A program made the position numbers and the translations under genes. A stretch of DNA of 58,022 nt, filler included, from Circinaria calcarea (lineage: Eukaryota): NCBI GenBank assembly GCA_051942165.1. It is 6 parts of 6 records of this genome, joined end to end, with 100 filler letters (N's around TTAATTAATTAA, not from the genome) between each part and the next. Parts side by side here need not be neighbours in the genome. Positions count along the whole stretch, not along the records: positions 19,399 to 28,993 come from JAVECS010000910.1; positions 29,094 to 38,686 come from JAVECS010000911.1; 4 more parts are not named here. The stretch is one strand, 5' to 3'. Below, in pieces: positions 25,086 through 38,140 of the stretch (within the stretch, counting starts at the first letter, position 1; each line of letters starts with the position of its first letter). The notes under the pieces are model-generated. The model worked only from the letters and a program-made list of their open reading frames with translations, was not told the DNA's origin and ran no database searches.

Positions 25086-27100
25086 TCAACGGATAAGAAA
25101 TTCTCTAAATTTAGTCTCATTGTGAATGGCTTGGCCCTCCATGAGACCGTGAATATATGATTCTCCAATCAAGCGATGCTGATCTCCATCCTCCCGTAGT
25201 ACGAAAGGCACTCGACCGCCACTGAAAATGCACACCGAATCGCCCGGACGCATAGATCGGGGTCCAAGTCCAATAAAGCCTTTGGTGGTGGTGAAGAATT
25301 TTCGATTCGGCGCGACATATGCTAACGAAGCTTGGTATAATAGTGGATTGGCCTCGTTTGAGTCTCCCGCTTGCTTGATGAAGAGAGCTTCCAAGTAATC
25401 CGTCTTCGGTAAAGCCGCAATCGAGAGATAACTTGCAAAATGATCACCGTATTGCTCTGGGGCTGGATACATGTATCCCCCATTATTGCCAATCAACGTC
25501 CTCCAAAATGCATCCTTGCTAATAGTTCCCCTAGACATGAGTGGTTCAGCCATGTTGAGCCATTGACGTACAATCCTCATGAAATCTCGATCCTTTAGAC
25601 TTTCAAGCGATACACTCTGAACCTCATCCTGATGGAATCCATCAACCGCTAGAAATGGTGATCCTTCCGACCACCTAGTCGAAGCATGCGTCTCTCCCGC
25701 AGCGGAAAACGTTCGCTGGCCGATAGGCAGACCTAACATACTGACTCGCTGCCATACACTATAATCCGGTACCCATGATGGAAGTTCACGGATCTGTCGG
25801 TCTTGAACATCTTCCACGCTGGACAGTAACGTAAGGGAACGTTCTCCTGTAATAAGATGACCGGTGATATCTCTATAGAGATCTACTATAGATTTCGAGT
25901 AGTCAGGGACGATCGAACTTGACTTGTCAGGCCCTGCATTATTTGCCAAGCCCATCAGGGCAATGATCTTATCACGTGGATCGGTCGCCTGGAATCGTCT
26001 CCCAGAACATAAAAGTAAACTCAACGGTATTCCTGGCCCACCTTGTAGCTCGTGGAAACTGAGTCTGCAATTACTAATGGTCCTAACGAAGGCCGGTCTC
26101 GTTTTGATGCCGTAGACGTTCTTCAGCGACCCAATCCAGCCGGTGGAAACCAACAACCGAGCGACATACTCAATGCGATCCCATGGAATTGTCAAGGCAC
26201 CACACCTAGCGATAGCACTCGACGCGACAGCCAATTCCTGTACCACCCATACTCTCTGGAAGTAGGGGCGTTCAAACAATTTGGCTAGTGCCTGCCATTG
26301 TGGAGAGGGAAAGTGAGGTAAACCCATATTGGCCATTGCCCGGTTATCCCAGATAGCACCAGGGTCAGCTCTGAGATCGCCATTTGTGCATGTAGTATTC
26401 GATACTATTGTATTGATCAAGTCGAATGCGAGACGCGTGTACTTGCTCGCATCTCCAAGCCAAGGCACAACCTGAGTAGCGCGATTGTATATGAATCGCA
26501 TGAGTCCGACCTGATAAGATATCAGCCAAGCTAGAAGGGTGCGCCTTCTGATTATAATGGCAATACTTGTTGGTTCCGTTCCTGAATGCAAGACTGGTCT
26601 ATACATATGGCATCCACCCAAAGCATCTTACTGGTGTCTGTCTTTCGTATTCTGTGTAAAGCATTATATACATTACTCGATACAGGTAGGACTTTATCAT
26701 CACACCAGATGAATTCACTGGCACCTCGAGTGTTCCAGGTATAGGAAAGAGCCTCATACGGCGTGCGAGGACCAGAACTTTCAGTCCGGTTCGAATGATG
26801 GATTTTACAGCGGATGCGACCACTTTGGCCGGGTAATAATTCTACCAGTCTGATGGTAGAGCTGTCCTGCGGTAGGGGGCTATAGGTGTATGGCTCGCCA
26901 AGGCCTCGAGAAGGCAGCCAGACTTTGACTGTATGATCTTCTGGCCGATCAAATTTCGCCTTGGGGTAGTGGTGGACGATGGAGGTCGCAGGTTTCCATG
27001 CCAGCCGGCCATGTCGAGCATTGTTACTGGCATGGTGAATAGAAGAGCGCCAGCAGTGGGAATGGTAGCGCACACTTGCAGAACGGAAAGTTAATAGCAT
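25086..27100 (-). CDS. HET-domain heterokaryon-incompatibility protein, HET-6-like (exons 27100-26567, 26510-25086)
   Basis: IRLVELLPG, YEALSYTW, LWVDAICIDQ..ERNQQ/VGLMRFIY, YFQRVWVVQE, ATDPRDK, LPSWVPD and LIGESYIHGLMEG. Confidence 0.93.
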
Positions 27101-27755
27101 AATGGATTAATATAAGAGGTAACAACTAATAGCAGACAGAGAAGGCATTCTCATCTCCGTTCAAGATCGAAACGCAGGATTTCCTATGAAAAGAGAATAC
27201 ACTTTACCGGACGATTAAATATTGTGGAAGAGTCCATGTTATTGTCCAACTGGTACGTATGGATGTACGAAGCAGCTGAGCCTCTGTTGGCGATCATAGT
27301 TACTTACCGTACAGAAGTGGGTAACGCCATCTCTGCGCCCCCGAAATCGGACTGGGGTTGAAGTCCGGAAGGATTGTCTTCACCGCCACGATACATGACT
27401 TGCTTGCCTGTCGGATTTAGAACCGCTAGCCTGGCCCATGCCAGACATACTCGGTATCCCCAGTATTTGTGTTGGATTAGCCGGTAAGTGTTTCGGGGAG
27501 GGGGCAGTTGAAGTTGGAAAAGACTTATAGGGCTGAGAAATCAGGGGAGTCCCTCTTGCGTCTTCACATGCTTTTCTTTTCTTTTACCCGATGACGTCGG
27601 TTTCGAGGTCCCTAATAATGTGTTGGTTGATTGTTGAACAAAGTATCAAGACCCACGACAGCAGCTGCATCAATCATGGCCATTGATGTGCAAGTTCACA
27701 GCCCACAGAGCCGTCACTGAGGTTGGATCTTGTGGGTGGACATAGGGAATAGAAT

Positions 27756-28993
27756 ATGGCGAGGGTACCTTTCATTGGCAGATTGTTCTGGTATTCCCCA
27801 AATGCACTCTTCTCTCTCCCAATGTAATGGGCCTAATCCCATTATACTAGGCATGAATATCTGGCTTTGTTTGGCTCACTCACCTTGATCTTCCTCGAGC
27901 TCGTTATTCGAATCATCACACTGGGATTACGTACGCCTTCAGAGTCCCCCCCCCCCCGGCTACTGTGCTGGACCGCTGACATCCAACAGCACAGCCCATT
28001 ATTCGCTTCTGCTACAATCGCTCTAAAAGCCTCTTCAACCTCCTATCCTCGCCACAGGGTCGTCATTCGAGATCGCGGAAAAAGTCCATCTCAACCTCAA
28101 TCGCTCTGTCTTCTGACTTTGTCGACCTCTGTGCGTTGTACGGCTACTATGCAGAGGAGCACATTGTTCAGACGGGAGATGGATACCTCCTCGGGCTACA
28201 CCGACTTGGGTGGAGAAGAGGAGAAGAGAATACACGGGTGAATGCCGGCGAAGGGAGTGTCCGGAAGAAAGTGGTATACCTCCATCACGGATTGTTAATG
28301 AATAGCGAGGTTTGGGTATGTATCACGGAGAGGGAGAGGTGTCTGCCCTTTATGCTCGTGGAGAAGGGGTATGATGTCTGGGTGAGTATCTCAGAAACGC
28401 TGGAAGGATACCCACTAACAGATCTAGCTTGGTAATAACCGCGGAAATAAGTACTCGAAAAAGTCAACCCGATATTCTCCTAGCTCAATCGCGTTCTGGA
28501 ACTTCTCTATGGATCAATTCGCATTTCACGATATCCCCGATAGTATCGACTACATTCTCAAAACTACATCTCAACCCTCACTCTCGTACATTGGCTTCTC
28601 TCAAGGAACCGCACAAGCCTTTGCGACCCTTTCCATACATCCACTTCTCAACGATAAAGTCGACGTCTTTATCGCTTTGGCTCCAGCCATGTCTCCTGCA
28701 GGTCTTTCGAATGGTATTGTCGATGCCTTGATCAAAGCATCTCCAGAAGTAATCTTCCTTGCCTTTGGCCGGAAAAGCATACTCAGTGCAGCAACAATGT
28801 GGCAAGCCATACTATATCCCCCAATCTTTACACGAATCATCGACATGTCCCTGTCTTTTCTGTTTGGTTGGTCTGCTAAGAATATCAGTGCGCATCAGAA
28901 GTTGGCCGCATACCCACATCTATATTCCTTTAGCAGCACGAAGAGCGTGGTCCACTGGTTCCAGATTATCCGGAATAAGAGCTTCCAGATGTA
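27756..28993 (+). CDS. Sterol esterase/acid lipase of the alpha/beta-hydrolase family (Tgl1/Yeh-like), 3'-truncated by the contig end
   Basis: MARVPFIGRL start, EEHIVQTGDGYLLGLHR, HHGLLMNSEVW, GYDVW/LGNNRGNKYS and nucleophile motif GFSQG. Confidence 0.9.
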
Positions 28994-29093
28994 NNNNNNN
29001 NNNNNNNNNNNNNNNNNNNNNNNNNNNNNNNNNNNNNTTAATTAATTAANNNNNNNNNNNNNNNNNNNNNNNNNNNNNNNNNNNNNNNNNNNN
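28994..29093. other. Artificial contig linker
   Basis: N44-TTAATTAATTAA-N44. Confidence 0.99.
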
Positions 29094-29269
29094 GGCCCAC
29101 GGAGGGGTGGGTGGTATGTGTTTCCGAGAATCGAAGGCGCGAGGGGGCGTGGTGACTCGGGTCCGTTGATAACTCGGGTCCATTGGAGAAAGGATTAATC
29201 CAGTCTGTATTGATCGCCGGAAGGACACGCAAAATAAGCATTAGAGATGAAAGGGAGGGGGGAGGGAAG

Positions 29270-29620
29270 CTTCGCAAAATAAAAAGAATATTGGTTCAAT
29301 CAATTAAATAAGGCCAAGAAAGAGCTTAATACTCAAGGACCCAGGCTCGTAAAAAGAACAAGGCCAGATTAGCTTGTCTTGCTGAGTGTACTACGAAATA
29401 AAGCCTCCCAGAATTAAGAAATATAGTGCTAATACGACAGCCTGACAAAAACCCCACAATCATAGAGCAGTTACGTTGTACGGCAGAGGCCTACCTTGAG
29501 CTAGTATAGCACATTAAGAGCTTGAGAGATAGTTAATGATTAGATCAAAAGATTTACGGTGACAAAGGAGTTCTGTTTACGCTTGGAGACTCTCAATTGG
29601 TAGAAGAAGTGCCGGAGTAT
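29270..29620 (+). mobile_element. Decayed DNA-transposon fragment, resembling a pogo/Fot1-like transposase C-terminus
   Basis: Frameshifted translation with stops: KAKKELNTQG/QARKKNKARL...LIRQPDKNPT. A-rich with TAA/TAG stops. Family call is from memory of similar C-termini. Confidence 0.45.
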
Positions 29621-30135
29621 ATAAATTCAAGCCCCCCCTCCCCCCCCCCAACTCAATTTAGTTGACTTCTCTGACGTAGATTTAGATACAGGCTCTCTTG
29701 AATCTATTCAGAGAGGGGCTGATCTCTTGCTGGAGTGGCCCTTTAGTAGAATACTCAGCGATTTTTGGGTGGTCGAACTCGATCGATCTAGGCGTCGGCG
29801 GAATCGATAGTGATGGAGATGGAGTATAGACGCCTGCCAGCTGGTCTGCGACCAATCTTTTGTACGCCTCGCGCATATATTCCGGCGCCGCTCGTCTTGC
29901 CTCCTCCTCTATCATCCCAAATCTGGGTTATTTCGCAAGGCGGCCTCTCTCCTTGTTCTTATAATCTTCCCGGGCTCTCCTTAGACTGTGCTCAAATGCG
30001 ATACCGATGCCAGGCATAGCAATATCGTCCTGGGATTGGCTTGTGTTCGAAGAGATGGAATGCGGGATTGGCGCTCGGCCGGGTACGAGCGACAATATAC
30101 TTGAAATATAGGCCAGGGCCTTGACTTTTCAAGCC

Positions 30136-33100
30136 TTATTTAAATAGCTGCATCCTCCTCCAGTAAGAGATGTAGGCCCTGATGGCATTCTCTCCCACGG
30201 GTCCCATGTTGGCCATAGTTGAACTCACATTGCGCGAGATGGATGTATCCAGAACTACAGACCCGCACGACATTTTAAGAAAATCGTTTCGAAGAAATTG
30301 TATGAGGCTCGCGGCGGGGTTTCCTGGTCCAGGTGCAGACGCAACGAGGTCCAGCCAATGTTCCAGTGGGATAATGGACGAGCTGGGTATCTGGAGCTCC
30401 TTGGACATGAGCATTACTACCTCTTTCCAGCTCTGTCGGACGGGATTTTCCAGATGGTAGACCAGTTGGAGCGGGAGATGATCAAAGAGAATCTCAGCGA
30501 TAGCTTTGGCAGCTGAGTCAACTGGTAGCCAGGACAATGTCTGTTTCACGGATATCAGTGGGACGAATGGTATATAGACGAATAAGAATTTGGTGCTGGA
30601 CTTACCCCACGCAGATCGGGAAACTTGCCCATCTTCTGAGACGAGGCGCAGACGGCGACGAAGTGTTCATTGGCGTTCCAATAACCAGTACTGGCGCCTG
30701 CGATCTGCCCAACTCTGACCAGTCCGGCCTCAATCTCAGGGTAATCATTAATCGCGCGTTGGATCATTTTCTCGCATACGAGCTTAGCTTTGGCATAGCC
30801 GAGGTTGAGCGTCCAGGTCGGGTCCTTGACAATGACTTCAGGGACCAGAACATCCCCCTGAACGGATGGATAGTTGCCAACAGTGGAAATGGAAGATATG
30901 AACAGCACCCTTGGTTTTGTCCGATAATGGTAAAACTGTGCCTTGTGCGCCAGCTGGATCAGGTTTTGCAGACTTCTAAATGAGGCATCGAAAGACTGCA
31001 GGCCCATCTTGAAATTCATCGGCCACGCAATGTGTACCATGTGAGTCACTTCGGTCGCTAGGCGCTCGTATTCGGACTCTTCCAACCCGAGGCATGGGGC
31101 CGCTGTACTCGTCTGGCGTATCTCAACTTTAGCCCACATCTCATCACTAACCGAGATATCCCGGGATCTCAGAGCATGCTTTTGAGCTTCGATGGAATTT
31201 TCTTTCCCAGGCCTGTTCAGACAGATGATGCAACCCACGGAATCATCCATGAGAAGCTGCCCAAGGAAAAACGAACCCAGACTTCCAGTAGCGCCTGTAA
31301 GCACAACGACGGCTTCCTTTTGTGGTTGTCCGTGGTCACCTCTGCCGGTATACTTCTCGACTAGCTGTTCGATGAGTTCCGTTTCAGGTACGATCCCGTT
31401 CGCCGTCGGGCGTTTTGGCATCAGTGCCTCGACAAGCATGCTGATAGATGGGTGTAGGTACACAAAGTCGTCGGTGATCTTGTCGACGGACAGGATATGG
31501 TCCGCTTCGTACCCGGACGCAGTGTGTGTCGCGCGTACCGAGGCTGTCAGGAACCTTCGCAGCTGAGTTGCCTGGAGGCTGTCCATGCCCCGCGCAAAGA
31601 AATCATCGTCGTCGAGCCAGTCATTGCCAGGGGCTTGCCACTTGGCGTTTTCTGGCACTAGAGCCCTAATGCTTGACCGGATCGAGGATAAGTCAAGAGG
31701 GGGCACGTCCACGCTGGCCTCGAGATTGCGATATACACCCGCTATCTCTTTGGCAAATTTCTTTGCCACCATATTTCGGAGGATAGTTCCCTTGTCTGAT
31801 CTTGGGAGGGCGCCTGGATTAATAATCAAGATGGCAGCTGGCGACATGATCCTGGCATGAGCATCCATCTGACGACCGGCTTCCTCAATTACTGGCCATA
31901 TGGATGCCTTGAAACTCTCCACCTCGTCGTGGTCGATGGCTTTGACAGACTCAATGATGACTCCTAGTTCAAATTGCTGATTTCCGAATGCAGTTGCGTC
32001 TTTTACGCTTTCTTGCTGTTTGAGCAGAGACTCCAATATCGTAGGCCGCACTTTCTCCCCTGTTGCGAGGCAGATCAAGTCGTCGGTACGGCCGGCAATG
32101 GAGAAATCCAACTGTCCAATATCGCTGTCGAGAGAGCACTCCCTTCTAGTTACGATCAGATCTTGGAGCTCGAAGCGCTCTTGCCACCCGAATGGTCTCA
32201 CACTGAGCTTGTACGTGTAGGTTCGTTCAGAGTCAGAGTCACCAGAGTCAGACTGCAAGTGTTCGGGCTGAGTTATGTCCATATCGACACGGTCGAGTCT
32301 GACTTGGAGCGGTCCAAGCGTGTCGCTGCGCAACCTGAGTCGACGCCAGTTGTATACCTTGCCAGGTACAAAAAAAGGAGTCAAGGGGCCAGTCTCGGTG
32401 GCGCCATATTGGTTGATTAGTTTCACTCCCGCAGACTCGAGCCTCTCCCCGGCAGACTCCTTTGGTACGCCGCCACCAAAAGCGACAAAATCCAGTCTTC
32501 GAAGAACTTCGTGCCCTTTGTTGCCTGGTAAAGACTCGATTTCTTCCAGAATCGAGGGCACGGTCAACAATGCTTTCGCTCCAGAATCTTGTATGAGGGC
32601 TGCGATAGATGCCCCGTTTGGAATCATGGAGGGCGGAGGGATGCAAATTGTCTTGCCGATACCAAGGGACATGCAGATTGACACAAAGCCAAAGCCCTGT
32701 CGCCACATTTAACACGAAGTCCGCAGCCCCGTCTTAATTCTTGTTACTTACGTGGAAGAATGGCGGTGTCGAAATGGTCAGACCGTGAGCTTCTTCGTCG
32801 GAGCTGAAGCTGTGACATGTTGCGTAACCCAAGAAATACCTATGGGAACAGGGTATTGGCTTCGGTAGCCCTGATGTCCCTGAAGAATGGAGGATGACCA
32901 CCTGGCGGTCTTCTTCCGAAACGAAATGGTTTGGATGCACAGTACATGTAGCGCGTCGACCTGCATCTGCAACTTCCTCTTCTTCAAGCAAGGCTTCGTA
33001 TCCAGCTACGGGGTGAGTCGTAACTCCATTTCCTTCTTCATCTGCTTCTTTTTTACCATCTTCTGCGGCTGGAAAAGCCTCGGAAGCGAGAGGCTGCAGG

Positions 33101-33531
33101 CGTTGCGATACGAGAGTGAGCTTCGAGCCTGTTTCTCGAATGAGATGGCGCACAGCAGGCGCATTCAAACGTGCCGATAGAAGAACAACGGGTATGCCCA
33201 TGCCCATGCAGGCGAGCACATAGATGGCCAGACCCACGTGGCTTTCCATCAAGATGGCAACGGGCGCGCATTTCTTCACATGCCCGTCAGTATCCAGGGT
33301 GGGTGGATAAAGACCGATGGCTAGTTTTTCAAGCCAAGCTTGGCAGCGGACAATGGTATGCTGAAGTCTCTGGTAGCTCACTGGCAAGAAACGACTGTCT
33401 TTTTCAACTTGGAGGCAGAATAGGTGCTGAGGGTTGTTTTCACCGTGGAAGTCAACAAGCTCAGGCAATGTCCGTATACCCAACCCCGTGGTCGGGTCCA
33501 GGCTCACCTTAGGAGGTATGAAAGCTGCCAT
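30136..33531 (-). CDS. NRPS-like A-T-R carboxylate reductase (~1091 aa; exons 33531-32752, 32696-30606, 30540-30136)
   Basis: A domain ILHSSGTSGLPKPI, QYGATE, GRTDD, LPRSDKG. T domain DFFARGMDSL. R domain VLTGATGSLG, GYAKAK, RVGQIAG, LSWLPVD. No condensation domain. Confidence 0.95.
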
Positions 33532-34140
33532 CTTTGCAGCGAGTGTGGTCTCAGCAAGATTTTGCCTCACCGGGTTAGGGTTACTACGTTGCGAATGGTT
33601 GCAGTTGAAAACCACGAGCAACGCGCTTTGATGCTCTTTCGTCCAACTCTTTACGAGAAATATGTGCAGGGAGGGATATCTCAATTTACAGATCAGTCCC
33701 TCGTCACCGTTGAACTTAGCCTTGGAGGGAGAACCAGCCAGACCTGAGTGGCCCCAACTTGGGTTACCAGACCGAAAAGTGTGACGAGAGAACTCGGGTC
33801 CCCCTTGGGCACTAATGTATATCTCGTCATCCTGCCAGCTACCTCTCCGGCCGCCAGAGAGCCTGGAAATAAGGACACATGTAACGTTTAATAGGTTGTA
33901 TACATTTTCAAATCAAAATGCAGCGACGTTTTACAGGCCTAGAGTATGATGTGTTGAAAGAGACCCACTTATTCTCGTATATCCCCTGTAACTCCTTAAT
34001 TCTCTTCTATATAACTTCTATATAGACCCATCCTCCCTCACGAGGAAGAGTATCGAAGCCAAAACTTTTTACGCTACCCATGCTTCGTTCAACATAATCT
34101 ATATGTGTAATCGTGTGCAGCGGCACTCAGTGGACCCATC

Positions 34141-35640
34141 TCAATCATCATTGACAATGCACCGAATCTTGAGGACTGCGCTGTGTTTGAGCAAGCTTCC
34201 CATTATCTCTTGAGCAACATCCGGATCCACCTGATTCAGGGTCAGAGTGACACTGCCCTTCCTGTCGTTATCCCAGGTGTTACTCCCGCCGTTGCTCTCG
34301 ATATGCCCTCTGCCGCTCGAGTCATCGCCGCTTCCAGGTATGCCAAGTAACCCAATATCGAAGGGTTCGGAATTGTGAAAGCAGTGCCCATCCACGGGAC
34401 TTTCGGTCCACCACGAAGGTTGAGAACCAGCCACAGTTGAGGTTGATACTTCGGGTGGATCGAGCCAAGAAAGACAGTCACTGCCTGGTATCGGCAGCTC
34501 TTGGTAAGTCTGTACCTGTCCCGTAAAGTCTGTCCAGTTCGGGTCAAGGATCGAACCGGTGTCCTCAGGTATCTCCAATAATGCACGCGACTGCCGAAAG
34601 TGCGTGATGCTCGAGAAATCAATTCCAGGCTCTAGGGCAACGCTTGGTTCCTGCTGGATGACGGCAGTTCCGGACGGCTCGTGAGGTTGGTGCAGTCTTG
34701 CTGAAACGGTATACTCACATTCAGAATTTCCATCAGATGCCTCGTCGTCATCATCCCCATCTGGTCCGCCACCAATCATATCGTCATCATTAGAACTTGG
34801 GCTCGGTTGCTGAGCCCCCGCAACAGAACCCCTAGTAAGCATATTCCGGCTCCGGCGTCCGAGAAGAAGGCTCCTATAACTATAGTCAAGTAATGTCCGC
34901 TGAGGAAATGATGGCGGAGGTGATGTTTTGACTCACCGATTTCGAATATCGTGGGTGGAACGGTTAGGCAGACCTGTAAGCCTGATCTGCTTCCAGTTGT
35001 TCCCGTGCTTTACTATGGCCTCCAGCAATCCTCTGTCCTCTTCAGGAGTCCACGGAGAGTGCTTGAAGTCGGGCCCCAACACATGCTGCCATCGTTTTGC
35101 GCACTCTGCCCCCCCCGAGTTCATGTTAGTTGGGAGTTGGAACGGACTGAACGAATCCGACATAATATAAGCCATTCACTTACGGTCTGCATTACGACTT
35201 TGCACCATGGTGGCCACTTGAGACCATCTACAAAAGGTAAACAGTGAGCATCAAAACTGTGAACCAACTTGCACAATCAAGCGTGGGAAAGCGAGAGGCA
35301 ACCAACTTGAAGTCAAGTTGCTGCACTGCTTGCTGCAGCCTCTCATCTTCGTCTCGTGTCCATGCCCCCTTCCTGATGTCCAGCTGGACCTTGGACCATC
35401 GCTTACGGCAGTCCTTGTTTGTGCGGCCGGGCAACAATAGGGCGATATTATTCCAGTTTTGGACACTCCCGTTTTCGTTACATAATAAAGTAGTTAGTTT
35501 TAGCCGTCATCTGGGAAAAAATGCAATCATCATGTAAAATCCATGAATAGGAGGAGAGCGTTACATTGAGTTTGCACTCCACTTTTGAGAATATCATCCT
35601 CCTGACTAGTCCACCATCGCCGTTCTCGCGTAGGAGGCAT
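34141..35640 (-). CDS. Three-repeat Myb transcription factor, probable cluster regulator (exons 35640-35565, 35481-35307, 35227-35184, 35105-34937, 34873-34141)
   Basis: [58 protein letters not shown] and [28 protein letters not shown], then an acidic C-terminus. The first acceptor is non-canonical. Confidence 0.88.
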
Positions 35641-35989
35641 TGTCTATTTAATGAAGAGAAAAAGGGGGGAAAAAACCAAGTCTTTGTAATTATCTATTCT
35701 AGTGTAGATATTCTGGATGAACACACATGCATATATATACAGCCTACAGTAATAGGTGAAGTTTTATTCTAGAGGCTGAAGGTGTTAATCCTCCCGGCTG
35801 CTGCCAAGATGTAAGGCATCCGAGCACATACCTTATCACTGCGGGCGACAAAAAAAGTGGGACACCATAATTTATCGACCGCAGCCAGTGGTGCAATCCT
35901 GCCCGGGGGGCGCCCAATAATTAGAGGGTTGTTACAAATTTGGGGGCTATAAACTTTACGCCTTCTTCTAAAGCCCTAGTCCAAAAAAA

Positions 35990-37127
35990 TCAAGTCTGCG
36001 AGAGCTGCGAGATACACCCAGGCTGTACCCCTTCCAGCCAGACAACGAGCTCCTTCCAGATACCCTTCTGCAAGCGCTGGCCCTCTGCATTGCTGACCCA
36101 ATCGGGCACCCAGTACTCCTTGATCTTACAACCCGAGAGTAGCTTTCCGTGGCTCTCATCGCCAGCCACCAAACCATGCAAGATCGTGCGACTCCCCACC
36201 TCTGCAGTTCGCGCCATCATGGCTCGAACCGACTCATGCATGATCTTGGTGAAAGTTCTTGCATCCCGGCCCAAGCCAGTCGAGCAGAGACCAGGGGCGA
36301 CCATGTTCACAATCACGCCTGTACGCTCTACAGGGCACAAAAATGCAAACTGACGAACGGCACACTCTTCTACGAGCTTTGTGAGAGCATACCTGGTTTG
36401 ATTATATATTAGTGTCACGTTCTATTATTCATGTAGCAGATCACACAGTGTGTGGGAAACAGTTGTTCTCTTACCGTTGGTCCATATTAGCCCGTTTTTG
36501 GTCGTTGAATCCATCAAAGATACTGCCTTCGCGGCTTTTGTCTATCTCGCCCTTGACGGTATATCCTAGAACACTGACGATGAAGACCAGAGTGGGGTGT
36601 ATTCCAAATTTGCGTCCACTCTCGCTCAATTTGGGCATCATCAGAGCTCCCAGAAACAAGGTGTTGATAACATTAACAGTCATGCTGGTCTCCATGCCTT
36701 CTGTAATTGACCATGCGTCTATCATAATGCCAGCGTTGGCCACGAAACCATCAATCCTGTCCAATTCTGTTGATGCTTTCTTGACAAAGCTCTGAATAGA
36801 CGCAGACGATGCCATGTCGAGGTGCATTATCTGTTACAGGTATAAGTCCAGGAACCGTTCTTGAGACTTTTATAGCGTACTTACTTGTATGACTCCCTTG
36901 CGACCGGTTGATTTCTCAATCTCCAGTTTTGCAGTCTCTCCTGCCTTGAGATTCCGCACCGCCAGGACAACGCATGAGGCCGAGAATTCGACAAGATGCC
37001 GTGCAGTCTCCAGGCCCAGGCCAGAGTTGCTGCCTGTGACTATGTAAGTTTTCCCGGAGCAAGTCGACTCATTTGTCAGAATAGGCAGCTTCTTGTACTG
37101 CTCGGCAGTTAATCGGAGCATCACCAT
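35990..37127 (-). CDS. Short-chain dehydrogenase/reductase, retinol-dehydrogenase-like (exons 37127-36885, 36830-36475, 36392-35990)
   Basis: IVTGSNSGLG (TGxxxGxG), VANAG, YALTK (YxxxK) and VAPGLCST. Confidence 0.92.
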
Positions 37128-37839
37128 CTTGCCTGTGCTGTGATTATGTCGCTGAGATTGTTGTTAAGGACCAAGGTGTAGAAATAAACTTGAGGTGAGC
37201 AGAAAATGAGGGTACTGTTGTGATTAAATAAATTCCATCTCTCGGCAATTTGTCTCAGGGAATTCACGATCCTCAGATATTATTGCCCTCCTTCTTTGGG
37301 CGCAAATAGACCAATTAGATATTGGTATTCGTTTCAGGTTAGATCAATCCACTTTCCTTTATCTTGGCCAATTAGATATTGTTTTCTTCTTTTGGACTAG
37401 CGGTTCGACAAAGCATAACCACATGTACTCCTGACTCATTGTTTATCTAATTTGATATTGTATTCCCTTCCCGGCAGGTAAACGTGGGGTTTTCTAGAAT
37501 CTACCTAGGTTAATAGTCCCTGAGCTTAGCCCTGTAGCGGAGTGGGGCTTAGGGAGGCACATGAAAGGTAGATTCATAACAATTGCAATCAAATAAGAAA
37601 AAAAAGCCACGTCCTCGTGGCGACGGCCGCATGAGCGGCTCAGCCTTTCCTAGACCTTGTATGACCATGTTTTTAGTCCACCTCTTGTTATGTTACTGCC
37701 ACGCCTTGCTCAGACACTGTTCCCCATGCTTCTCCATGGCCTATTCGAGCTCGGGGCGACGGCGGGGTAGATGAGCGCTAGAAAGGCGGTGAGGAAGGTA
37801 TTCAGCTAGACGCTCGATCAGGTGCTTGGTGATCGTGTT

Positions 37840-37945
37840 GACGGGTGGATTTGAAATCGATAAATAGATCAATTTGAAAGCGGATTTGAAAGCGGATTTA
37901 AAAGGTGATTTCGAAGGTGCTTTGGAAGGTGCTTTCGGAGGTTAT
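37840..37945. repeat. Degenerate ~12-bp tandem repeat (GATTTGAAAGCG / GCTTTGGAAGGT-like)
   Basis: Visible short periodicity. Confidence 0.6.
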
Positions 37946-38140
37946 TCGGGACGTGTTATGGAGCGCGCTAAATTATATATTTCATGCTGCTTTAGGGGGG
38001 TGGGGAGGAGACGCTAAGAAACGTACAAGGAGTTTGATCTAGAACATCGTAGTTACGGAAGCCGCCAGCTTGGCCACCGCCCAAACTTAAGCTGAGAACC
38101 TTTATGCGGCATCACACCCGCAGTCTCGCCAACATGCTTG

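Noticed and set aside
28900..30200. Lipase as a member of the NRPS-like cluster
   Set aside because: Separated by an artificial linker, so on different contigs.
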